Assembly: GCA_003427395.1 (NCBI GenBank)
Contig: BFEA01000001.1
Coordinates: forward strand, 12,612,054-12,666,162
Source of the DNA: Chara braunii
Taxonomy: Eukaryota; Plantae; Charophyceae
DNA: 54,109 nucleotides
Reading direction: 5' to 3'
The notes below the pieces were generated by a model. It did not search any database, was not told the DNA's origin, and saw only the letters and a list, made by a program, of their open reading frames with translations. Both the position numbers and the translations under genes were made by a program. This document shows positions 24,258-35,500 of this stretch, piece after piece. Within the stretch, counting starts at the first letter, position 1; each line of letters begins with the position of its first letter.

Positions 24258-27200
24258 GAATGAAGAGAAAACAAAGTTTTGGATTTTACAAAAAAAATCG
24301 GCAGTATTACCCTCTTGGCATCGAAGTGTGCCGTCAAGAAAATGTTCAAGTAAAATAAGAAACTTTCGCCAACACTTCGCTTCCCCCAAGGGGTCAAATG
24401 TGCATGAAGAAGAGACTGAGGAGGATAAAATTTTGGCAGCACTTCGTTTTCCCAAGGGGTCAAAATCAGGGTTGCCACGCGGGGATCCCCGGGGCCCAAG
24501 CCGGGGTAGGGGCTTCACCCCCGGACCCCCGCCGCNNNNNNNNNNNNNNNNNNNNNNNNNNNNNNNNNNNNNNNNNNNNNNNNNNNNNNNNNNNNNNNNN
24601 NNNNNNNNNNNNNNNNNNNNNNNNNNNNNNNNNNNNNNNNNNNNNNNNNNNNNNNNNNNNNNNNNNNNNNNNNNNNNNNNNNNNNNNNNNNNNNNNNNNN
24701 NNNNNNNNNNNNNNNNNNNNNNNNNNNNNNNNNNNNNNNNNNNNNNNNNNNNNNNNNNNNNNNNNNNNNNNNNNNNNNNNNNNNNNNNNNNNNNNNNNNN
24801 NNNNNNNNNNNNNNNNNNNNNNNNNNNNNNNNNNNNNNNNNNNNNNNNNNNNNNNNNNNNNNNNNNNNNNNNNNNNNNNNNNNNNNNNNNNNNNNNNNNN
24901 NNNNNNNNNNNNNNNNNNNNNNNNNNNNNNNNNNNNNNNNNNNNNNNNNNNNNNNNNNNNNNNNNNNNNNNNNNNNNNNNNNNNNNNNNNNNNNNNNNNN
25001 NNNNNNNNNNNNNNNNNNNNNNNNNNNNNNNNNNNNNNNNNNNNNNNNNNNNNNNNNNNNNNNNNNNNNNNNNNNNNNNNNNNNNNNNNNNNNNNNNNNN
25101 NNNNNNNNNNNNNNNNNNNNNNNNNNNNNNNNNNNNNNNNNNNNNNNNNNNNNNNNNNNNNNNNNNNNNNNNNNNNNNNNNNNNNNNNNNNNNNNNNNNN
25201 NNNNNNNNNNNNNNNNNNNNNNNNNNNNNNNNNNNNNNNNNNNNNNNNNNNNNNNNNNNNNNNNNNNNNNNNNNNNNNNNNNNNNNNNNNNNNNNNNNNN
25301 NNNNNNNNNNNNNNNNNNNNNNNNNNNNNNNNNNNNNNNNNNNNNNNNNNNNNNNNNNNNNNNNNNNNNNNNNNNNNNNNNNNNNNNNNNNNNNNNNNNN
25401 NNNNNNNNNNNNNNNNNNNNNNNNNNNNNNNNNNNNNNNNNNNNNNNNNNNNNNNNNNNNNNNNNNNNNNNNNNNNNNNNNNNNNNNNNNNNNNNNNNNN
25501 NNNNNNNNATACAGAAGAATCGTGAGTCAATGTCCGTGCCCAACAGGGCAACACCAACAGCAGAACCCAAATGTAGCTCTCTCTTGTGAATGGCGTCAGG
25601 CGCTCTATCTACTCTACAACCTATCCTACAACTACAGCAATGAACAACAACCAGACAACTTGACAACCAGTGAGTGATGATGTCAACACCAATGCAGACC
25701 TCCACCATCACCAGGTACGTGTCCTCTTCCCCACACTCTCCCTTGTTACCCACACAACGCCCTTCACCTCCGAAGTACCACCTTCGCCCTCACCTCCCCT
25801 GCACCCTTATGCGGCCCGGCTATGGCCGCCAGTGCCCTGCACGCAGGCAGCGCCCTACCGCCTAGCGCTGGCCTGCTCTGTCTTAGCGCAGCGCTGCTAT
25901 GCATAGCGCTGCACACTTGCATCTGCGCAGCGTGCCCACATATGCCAGCATTGGCCAAGATCCCAGCCCACTCGCCTTGCTTGCCTATATGCCAGTGTTG
26001 CGTGTGGGCGGCCTCCCTTCAGCCTGCGACTGGGCCCCAGTGCCTGAACCCAGGCCCGATACAGTTGGGGCCCGGGAGATGCAGTTGCGCCTCTTTCATC
26101 AAGGCCTGCGGCCAGATTCAGATAGTGGGCCGGTTTCCCTTTGGCATTTTCGGCCTCTATATGCAGCATGCATTGTCGGCCTCACGTTTATGTGCCCAGG
26201 GCCTAACCAACTCAGAGGCCCTGCGATTTCCGCATTTGCAGAGGTCCAAGACTCGGTGCATTCCAACCAACTGGCGTGCTGCAACTGTATGGACCCCCAC
26301 TTCGTCAAATGTTTGCACAGAGGGCTCTTGTTGATTTGCTGGCCCGCCTTCACTTAGGGCGGTCACAGATCTGGCCCGCCTTCACTTAGGGCGGGCACGA
26401 GGCTTGCTGGGGGCCTATGCCCAGAACATCTGCATGTCGGCTAGGCCCCTCTGAGGGCTCAATCCTCCCAAAAAAATAAATCAAAGAAAATGACAAAAGA
26501 AGGAAAAGCGAAAAATTCGAAGTTGGGGGGGAAAGGTGAGAAAGAGGTGAGAAATAGAAAAAGTTTGAGATGGTAGATGAGGGGGATGATGGGTTGGAGA
26601 GGAAGAAAGGATGAGGGGACGGTGAGAGAATGACAGGGAAAAGGATGGAGAGAGTAAGTGAGCAGGAGAGGAGAAAAAAAGATGGTGGAAGATGAGTGGA
26701 GAGGAACGGGATGAGCAGTGGGGAGGAGGTGAGAAAAGTGGAGAAAAGTAGATAGGGATTTGAGGTAGGGTGAGAGACTATTGGTAGAGTTAGAAAAAAT
26801 CATTAAAGGATGGAGAGGGGAAAGAGGGAGAAAGCGGGTGGAGAGTGGGTTAGTGGAAGAGAGGTGATATCAAGCTCTTGGTTAGCCAAGAGCGGATAGT
26901 ACTACCAAGATCCACAGGATCTTTGCCTTCAATGTGCTGGCAGCCTGCTGCCGCAGCAATAAAAAGAATAATGATGATAATAATCTAAGGTTAGATGAGA
27001 TCTTGATCAGCCGCCCTGATTCCACAGTAGCACAGCCCCTTGGCCAGGAGGATCTTCAACTGCTGCCAAACTGTTGTTGCAACAGTAAAAAAAAAAATAA
27101 TAATAATCTAGGTGTGCTGACATTTTGATCAGACACCCAGATCCCACTGTAGTGCAGCCCCCTAGCCAGGGGGGTCTTCAAGATCCTCAGCAAGTTGCCA

Positions 27201-27618
27201 CGTGTGCAGCCAACAACAATCATGATGCGAGGGGAGGGAAAGGGCAAATAGCAGCCCACCCGCTGCTCACTGCTCACCGATGAGGTTGGGGGGGAGGGAG
27301 GGGGGGGTAAATAGTTGGCATGGCACACTTCAACACCACTGTGCCACGCTATCAAGTCATACTATGACTTTGGTTGTGTTAAACCACCAGTACCTACCGG
27401 TTCTCAAGGCCCGTGGCTCAGGCTACCGGTAGGCCGGTCATTCCCGAGCCTCGACTTTATTGTCGAGCCTCGGACAACCGGTAGTACACAACAGGAAAAA
27501 AGAAAAAAAAGAAAAAAAGAAAAAAAATGAGGACAACAATCTAAAAGAAAAAACAAAAAAAAACGAAATCAGACGTTTCCATCGAGAATGAATCTTCCTC
27601 GTTTTTTGTGGAAGATTC

Positions 27619-27654
<36 letters not shown>

Positions 27655-27683
27655 GGCGTCAGCCAGTATCTGACGCCTCGTTT

Positions 27684-27739
<56 letters not shown>

Positions 27740-27764
<25 letters not shown>

Positions 27765-27912
27765 GTTGAAACGATAATGAATCTTCCGCGATAACGCGGA
27801 AGATTCATTCTCGTTTCAACGTAGAGAGAGAGAAAGAGAGAGAGAGAGGGCGTCAGCCAATGTCTGACGCCGAGTTTGGTGCACCAAACTCGGCGTCAGA
27901 CACTAGCTGACG

Positions 27913-27948
<36 letters not shown>

Positions 27949-28020
27949 TGAAATGAGAATGAACCTTTTGCGTTATCGCGGAAGGCTCATTCTCATTTCA
28001 ACTGAGAAAGAGAGAGAGGG
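27740..28020. repeat. Nested palindrome centred at 27881/27882 with self-palindromic arms
   Basis: Perfect core GACGCCGAGTTTGGTGCACCAAACTCGGCGTC. Arms contain the hairpins GAATCTTCCGCG-ATAA-CGCGGAAGATTC and GGCGTCAG...CTGACGCC. Confidence 0.9.
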
Positions 28021-28026
28021 AGGTGT

Positions 28027-28062
<36 letters not shown>

Positions 28063-28065
<3 letters not shown>

Positions 28066-29252
28066 GCAAAGTTTGCTCAGTTTTCTGGGAGTCCCTGAGA
28101 GCGAAAGCTCTCCAGGATGTACCCCGGAATCTCAAAGTTTTTGTAATTTAAGGTTTTTTGGAATTTTTATTTCGTTTTTCCGCTCTTCTGGATTTTGTAA
28201 TTTAAGTTGTTGGAATTTATTTTTCCATTTCTTCTGTACTTTATAAGAGACGACGAATTTTTCCACTGCAAAGTTTAGAGATCACCTTACCAGTAGCTTT
28301 TCGTTGTCCAAACCTTTTATTTCTTGAATCGGCTACATGGAATAGTTCTTTGAAAATCCTCGGTGTATTTGGGCAAGATCTAGGAATTAGACGAAGGATT
28401 TCTAGTTTTTCTGAGGACAAGGGATTACCAACTTCTAGATATGTAAGGGAATACGTGATCCAAAACGATGATCCGCCTGTTACAATTTTGAGAGGAGCTT
28501 ATATGAAGAAATATCCATTGCGGGTAAAACAGACAGGATCTTGGACCGGAAAAGCTCTGAGTAAGGACGATAAAACCGAGGAAGAGAACGAAACTATGTC
28601 AGTTAAAAGTCGACCAGTTTTTTCGGAACTTTAGACTTCTTTGAATCGGGGACGGAAGCGTCTTTTTCGGAAAAAGGTCCGACCATTTTGAATCTTCAGG
28701 AGCAGTCTGAATCGGATATGAAAAGACGAATTTGAGCATGATACAGGCTAATTAGACTCAAAGAAAAAAAGCGTTACCCACGCAGTATAAGTTGGCCTTC
28801 TCACAAGGCGGGTGATCATTTTTAGGAATTCTCTACGAATTTCAGAAACCGGTTTTGTGAAACGAAAGGAAGGACAAGTTTTTTAGTAATTTAGTAGAAA
28901 AGGTGATCGGAGGGTTTTTTGTCAGCGGTTTTTTGTGAAGACTAGAATTAGATATCTCAGTTGAAGTTTCCTTTTATGGATTGGAGCGATTGAAGGAATA
29001 ACCAGGATAGACAGGAGAGTTAGGGAGATAGTACTTCACGGCTCTTCGGATTGGTGAGGCAACGGGATAGTAGTAGTATTTAAGGAGGGAAGGAAAGCAG
29101 CATATCATCGGTTTTTCGACTTGAGAGCGAGAGCCCCCTGATGAGCTAGCCGCTATACGCAGGCAGCGAAACGCGTCAGGGCGACGCGTATGACAATTTT
29201 TGCTATGAGTGCTATATTGAGTATATCTTTGGAGTACATTATCTGTCCTTGT
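28063..29252 (+). mobile_element. Probable Penelope-like element remnant inserted in (CT)n
   Basis: (CT)n on both sides, decayed plus-strand ORF (28350-28634), and a minimal type I hammerhead near the 3' end. Confidence 0.55.
29133..29182 (+). ncRNA. Minimal type I hammerhead ribozyme (Penelope-type)
   Basis: GCCCC-CUGAUGA-GCU.A.GCC...GGC.AGC-GAAA-CGC-GUC-AGGGC. Palindromic stem III ACGCGU. Stem I has 4 bp plus a C.A mismatch next to the cleavage site. Confidence 0.8.
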
Positions 29253-29327
<75 letters not shown>

Positions 29328-29371
29328 CCCCCCCTTCCCTCGTTGATGCCGCGCCCGTCTGTTTTGTTTTG

Positions 29372-29402
<31 letters not shown>

Positions 29403-30309
29403 GGTGCCCGTTTTTTGTGGGCTACTGGTCGCACCCCGGTGGGTACCCCCCCCGACGCGGCGCGTTAACGGCCGCGCCGAATTTATCAAGCAGGGTGAGG
29501 TACTGGTGGTTTAAGGCATTGACTACGCACGCATATAAGCAGCAGTTGCCCAGGTTCAAACCCTGGCAGCAGCAACATGGCTCCTAGATCTTGATAAGTA
29601 GAAGGGGGGGGGGGGGGGGCAGAAGGGCAGTGTGGCGCGCGCGTGCGGTAGCCTTAGCCTTGGCGCTTGCGCAAGCACCATGATTGTACTCTCCACGTAT
29701 GGCACCCCTTCTGCACCGCTGATTTTCCCTGGCTTTTTCCGTTCGCGCACGCAAAAAACACTAAAAATTCCCGCTATCGGGATTTGCTGATGGGAAGGGA
29801 GGGATGGGCGGGAGTGGGGAATGTTCCCGCTGTGATACCAATGTGGCAGACCCGCCGGGCTGGCGATCCGTCAAGATCAAGACAAAGATGTGAGGAAGGA
29901 GGAGATGGACATGGAGCTGAAGGGGATAGCGCACCTCCGACGCTGCCACACCACCGTGCCATGCTATCAAGTCATACTATGGCTTTGGTTGTGGTAAGGC
30001 ACTGACTCTGCACACGTATAAGCAGCAGCTACCCAGGTTCAAACCCTGGCAGCAGCAACATGGCTCCTAGGTCTTGATATGTATAAGCAGAGAGAGGGGG
30101 GGCAGAAGGGCAGTGTGGCACGCTCGTGCGCCAGCCTTAACCTTGGCGCTTGTGCAAGCACCATGATTGCACTCTCCACGTGTGGCCCCCCTGCCGCACT
30201 ACTGATTTTCCCTGTTTTTTTCCGTTCGCGCACATAAAAAACACTGAAAATCCCGCTATCGGGATTTGCTGATGGGAGGGGAGGGATGGGTGGGAGCGGG
30301 AACTTTCCC

Positions 30310-30321
30310 GCTGTGATACCA
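30310..30321 (-). promoter_or_regulatory. Primer-binding site (tRNA-iMet), one mismatch
   Basis: TGGTATCACAGC, 1 nt after the LTR. Duplicate at 29829-29840. Confidence 0.8.
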
Positions 30322-30322
30322 G

Positions 30323-30682
30323 TGTGGCGGACCTGCTGGGATGGCGGTCTGTCAGGATCAAGCCAAAGACGTGAGGAAGGAGGAGATGGACATGGAGCTG
30401 GAGGGGATAGCGCAACTCCGGCGCAGACGCAACACGCACGAACTTTAAACTATGGAAATGAAGAATGCCCCATAATACAGATTGCAGCTGGGGTATACCC
30501 CCAGCGGAAGGACTGGATTGGATTGGACTGGCCTGGTATCGACAGTGGTACCGGGCAGGACTAGACTGGACTGAATAACACACGGGCTGTGGGGTCAGGC
30601 CACGGCCTGGTCCCACAGGCCGAGCAGGCAAATTAGCCAGATAGCCCTGGATCTAGGCTAGGGCAGCCAAAGGCACGCTGCA
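30323..30682 (-). mobile_element. LTR (360 bp, TG...CA)
   Basis: Homologous end to end with the solo LTR at 24-373. Confidence 0.88.
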
Positions 30683-30841
30683 TTCCGTGACCCGCCGCGC
30701 ACAAACAATGCTTGTCGACTCTCTTTGGTTAACGAAAGAAAAGGAGAGCAATGTCTGTCCCTATCTCCCTCTCTCTCTCCCCGATATTTCCAGTCAATGT
30801 AGACATATGTACATGAAGAAAATGAGAGCTATGTTTTTTTT

Positions 30842-30923
<82 letters not shown>

Positions 30924-32546
30924 TCTGGTATTTCACTCCATGAACAGAAATGTACATGAAGAAAAAGACTAACGTCTCTCTCTCTCTCTCCCTCTCTCTC
31001 TCTTTGTGGCTCTTGCATTTTCGTGTCATCTATCCTTCCATTGTTCACCGCTCGGCCGTATCGAAGCGCACAGAGATGATGCAATGATATGTGGCTAGAT
31101 CTTCACGTCTCTCTCTTTCTCTCTCCATCTGTCTTTGTGACAGTTTAAACACACACAGACACGTGGGGTGCGCGTTTCGTGCGACCGGGCGTTCAATTCC
31201 GGTGACGACAATAGCCTACCTCTAATTCCCGCTGCACCCTCACAAAACCATGACCACAGGTAAGTGCCAGACCCAGGAGCCTTCTCAGCATACAAGTACC
31301 CTCGCGGGTCACACACACACCCGAACAATCACGCAGTCAGGCAAACACACTGAACATGTACTTAGAAATCTCAGCAGAATACGGGAATCTCAGCAAGTGC
31401 GGCAAAACTCAGAAAACAGCAACATTCTCAAACTGTAATTTTGCAGGTCACAGCCTTCACTTTCTCTCTACAGCATTGACCCCAGCATTGTCGGAAACTC
31501 CAGTTCCAAGTCGATCTCTCCTTTTTCCTCTCCCCAACAAAAACACAGCCACTTCTCCTTTTGGATTTTTAACATAGAATCTTTTATTTGTGATGGCCTT
31601 CTGGAATCGATTGATATAATCAGTGGCCTGTGAAGCTAATTGGAGACACTAGAGCAGGCATCCAGGCAGAGCTGCCCACTCGACGCATGATGAAACAATT
31701 TTTTTTTAATTTTTTTTTAATTTTTTAAGTTTAACCTAAAACTTTTTTCATTATTTAAACCTACACATTTGTGTGTAGGTGTGTGTAGGTGTGTGTATGT
31801 ATTTTTCCTTCTTTTTCTGCATTTATGCCTCGCCTCTTCCAGGAATGACAGCTCTCCCACCAGCCAAAGCGGAAGAAATGATGACTCCCCCTTCTCCCCG
31901 GGGTGACCCTCCTTTCTCTCCGTCAGACCCTACAAGGAAAAAAACTCAGCCATTGTGGGCAAAGTTGCTGAGGTAGAAATGAACGAGGAAAATCCCAAAG
32001 GGGGAAAAGATGAAGATCATTCGAAAGCAAGCGAGCAAGAAAAGGAGAAAAACAAGAAAAAGACAGACAGGAAGAAAAAATAGATGGAGAAAGAAAACAG
32101 CCACTCGATCACACCGTGAACGAGCTAGCAAATCATCGTGTTGTTATGATTGTCCTCTTGTGTACCTGCCGAAAAGTAATGCTGCTGGAATTTGTTTGAT
32201 GGATGATTTGCCTTTTGTTTTCTTTGCATAACAAGTGCTCCGATTCATTGGTCGGGAGCCACACCTGCTGGAAACCGGGTCCAGCATCCCATCACAACGT
32301 AGTTTGAACTTTGAACAGGATATTGAAGAACTTTTGCAGATCAGAGCAGTATTGACTACGTTTTTCAGTCTGTTACATCCAAAAGGATTCTCTAGGACAC
32401 AACATAAACGTTCTTCTCGCGAATGGCACTTACATTTATGTCGTTACACACCTAGGCTACCAGACTGGCCCGGGCCCACTTGCCCGGCTGGGCCAAATAT
32501 ATATATAAATATTATATACATATATTTATATATATTATATATATAT

Positions 32547-32588
32547 TCCCTCTCTGCCTACGGTTTACCGGGCAGCTCTGTTTGACGA
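32547..32588 (+). repeat. 3' terminal fragment of the hammerhead-bearing (TA)n-associated repeat
   Basis: TCCCTCTCTGCCTACGGTTTACCGGGCAGCTCTGTTTGACGA followed by (TA)n is the reverse complement of 37208-37250 and 43930-43971. Confidence 0.85.
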
Positions 32589-32596
32589 TATATATA

Positions 32597-35500
32597 CAGG
32601 GTAACTTGCGTTGGGGATGCGGGCCGAACGCCCAAACGTATGGGACCCCTTGGCGATGCGTTCGGCCGTTCGGGCCGAGCGCGGATCCCCCCCCCCAAAA
32701 AAAAAANAAAAAAAAAAAAAACTGAAAAAAAAAATGTTATGAAGAAAAATAAATTAAACAAGATTTGCCTGAGCATTACATCCAAATTCCTTACCAAATT
32801 TGAAAAAAAAAAAATGCGGAGAAGAAATACAAATAACAAAAATAATAAAAAATAAAAGGAGAAATAAATTTAGTGAGTGTGCGAGCACGTTTTCGACATC
32901 GCCAGAAAGTCGAGCGTAGAACACACCGCGGGCGCAGCGGCTGGGAGCGCTGCGCCCCGCCCACGTAGTCGGGCCAAGCGGCATCGAGCGGTGACAAGCG
33001 GCGGAATGATGCGAAATCGGACCGAGCGGCGCCGGACGGCATCAAGCGGCGGAGCGATGCGATGTTGGGGGGAGTGGATTCGGGGTGGTGTGAGGTGGCG
33101 GTTGAGAGGTTTTGGTTGAATGGATGATGAGGGGAAGGATGGTGACGAGGGTGGTGCATCGTGCGTAGAGGATGAGGTTGCTACGAAGAGGCTGCTTGTG
33201 AACGGCTGCGACAGGTATGGTCTGCCAGCTTTCAACGAGTGAATCAGGTGATGAAGGGCAACGAAGGGCATGGTAGGTCTGTTTCCCCCCGGACTACCAG
33301 TGAGGGGTCACCGGCAGGTTCGGTGGTTTTGTCTTGCTACGTGGCAAGTGAGGGGTAAAGTGAAGCCACGGTCCGTTACTCCTTATTGTTCAGCCTTATG
33401 TTATTGATGGCCGAGAGAACGGCTACATGAGGGTTGAGTTGCCTTCGGCCGATAAGGGAGGGGGTGAAGGTTTGGGGGAAGACAGACACAACATGATGAG
33501 AGGCCGGTTTCTATGCTTCGATCCATAGTTTTGAGGAATGCCTGTTGCTCTTCGTGGCTGGATGATTGAGTGATCTCGTTTTCTTACGCTCTAATTCTTG
33601 TTCAATTTGAGGATCGTGAATCTGAGTTTTTATTCTGATTTTCGTTTTTCGAATCTAATTTTTTGAACCCGTTGGATTTCTCTATTTTGGATTTATCATG
33701 ATAGGTAGCTTTAGGTTGTCGATTCGAATTTGATTCAAGACAGCGGGTTTAGGAATGATTTGAAAAATTTTCGAATAATTCTCGATTTGATCCTTCATGT
33801 TGATGATCATAAATCAGAGCTTCGCCTCTGATCTCGAATAAAGTCTTCAAACCTTTTAGATGCTCAATGTTTTTTTTCCCAAATAAAGATTTGGAATTTT
33901 TTCCTGAATAAGATTCCTAATTTGAAATTCATAAATCAGAGCTTTGCTCTGATTTTAATAAAAGATTACCAAGTTTCCTTTACAAAAGGTTTCTTAAAGT
34001 GGCACTGATGTTTCACGGTTTTTCAAAATTGTTCCAATTCTTAATTTGTCGTGTTTCCCTATTTTAGTAACCTCAAGTTTGTGTTCTTCTACCTTGTCTT
34101 ATATTAGTAAGCTCAAGTTTGTGCTCTTATATCTTGAATTTGATATCTGATTCGATATTAGAGTTTATCTGTTTGAGGGATCTTCAAAAAGTAGGTCATA
34201 ATTGAGTCTCAGGGTGCGATACCGTAGAATTTGGGCTCATAGGTGCTGATTGAACTCACTCCTTCAAGGTTGAGCCCCACCCTGCGAGGGTTATGCAAGG
34301 TGGGAGGTGTGATCCTCGAGAGGGTAGGGGTGGTTTGTGGGTTTGTTCTCTTTTGGGCCAGGCTGATTGGGTTCGATCAGCTAAGGTGGTTGGGAGAGAG
34401 GACAAAGGGTCGATGCTGGTTTCAGCAAGGTGAGAGGTTGTGAGGTGTTTCACTTGGAGAGAGTGGGACATGAGGAAAGGGTGATCTTCGACTCTGCGGG
34501 GGCATACTCTAGGAGGTATTGTATGCTGCTGAGGGAGCAGGAGTGCTCTGAACTGGGGTTGGAAGGTGAGGGGGCACCTTCCAGTGGAGGCAGTGAAAGG
34601 GCAGGAGGTCGTTTTGTGTGGGGGGGGAGTAAGCCGCTCGGTTTCTTGTGGGCCTCTACCTCCAGTAGAGACCGGGATAGGCGCAAGAATTTTCATGGGG
34701 AGAGAGGAAGTTTCTTTCCGAACTCTCTTCTTGTGAGATTAATATGCCTTATATGACTACTTGGTTTTATAACCTTTTGATTTCTGAGTTGCTTGTCTAC
34801 GTTTTATGAACCAGGTGTTTCGAGGAGGTGTGGTGCTGCACTTATTAGGGTGAGCGTGTTCACCTGATTTCTGCCATTTCTCCTCTTGCGAACTATGGGT
34901 GGAGGAGGTCGGCTCGTCGTAAGAGGAGGAAGGTGTTGAGGAAGGTGTATGGTTGTGGCTGCTGTTCTCATCCCACGAGCTATGTGGTGGAGGAGGTCGG
35001 CTCATCGAGGGATGAAAAAGAGTAGGGGGTTGAAGGGAAGAGGGAGGCTGGTTTCGTGGATTGTTTCTGGCTCGTAAAATTCACTCAAAAATTTCTTCTG
35101 GCGGACTACTTCTATTCTTCTTCTTCGAACTATGTGGTGGAGGAGGTCGGCTCATCGAGGGATGAAAAAGAGTAGGGGGTTGAAGGGAAGAGGGAGGCTG
35201 GTTTCGTGGATTGTTTCTGGCTCGTAAAATTCACTCAAAAATTTCTTCTGGCGGACTACTTCTATTCTTCTTCTTCGAACTATGTGGTGGAGGAGGTCGA
35301 CTCGTCGAAGAAAGACGAATAGTGAAGTCTGCTTTGACTGGTTTCATCAAAAGAAAAATCTCAAAAAAGAGATCTCAGGGTTGACCATACGCGGATGGCT
35401 GATTGGTGGTCTTAAGAATGTTTTTGGACTCTGGGGATTCCTAGCATATCTTCTTAGGTGGCTTTGATGTTGTTATACTCAGTGACCTGCGGCTGTTTAA

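Larger units (their letters stand above)
27383..29510. mobile_element. Non-autonomous TIR DNA element, 13-bp TIR ACCACCAGTACCT, TTAA (or TA) TSD
   Basis: TTAA 27379-27382, TIR 27383-27395, TIR 29498-29510, TTAA 29511-29514. Removing it restores the empty-site sequence seen at ~29980-30005. Confidence 0.88.
23880..30682 (-). mobile_element. LTR element copy A: 5' LTR, PBS and non-coding leader, interrupted by the U6 retrocopy, a gap and the TTAA element
   Basis: Segments 23930-24465, 26480-27378 and 29515-30682 are colinear with 40960-42953. Internal duplication of the PBS/LTR junction at 29515-29943. Confidence 0.7.

Noticed and set aside
24467-24535. hAT-like terminus CAGGGTTGCCAC
   Set aside because: It runs into the gap and no matching opposite TIR is visible, so it was not called.
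24256-25753. Long ORFs of 360-470 aa
   Set aside because: They run through the N gap and are not real.
24-30682. One 30-kb LTR retrotransposon bounded by LTRs 24-373 and 30323-30682
   Set aside because: The first LTR has its own TSD on both sides (solo LTR) and the outer flanks do not match.
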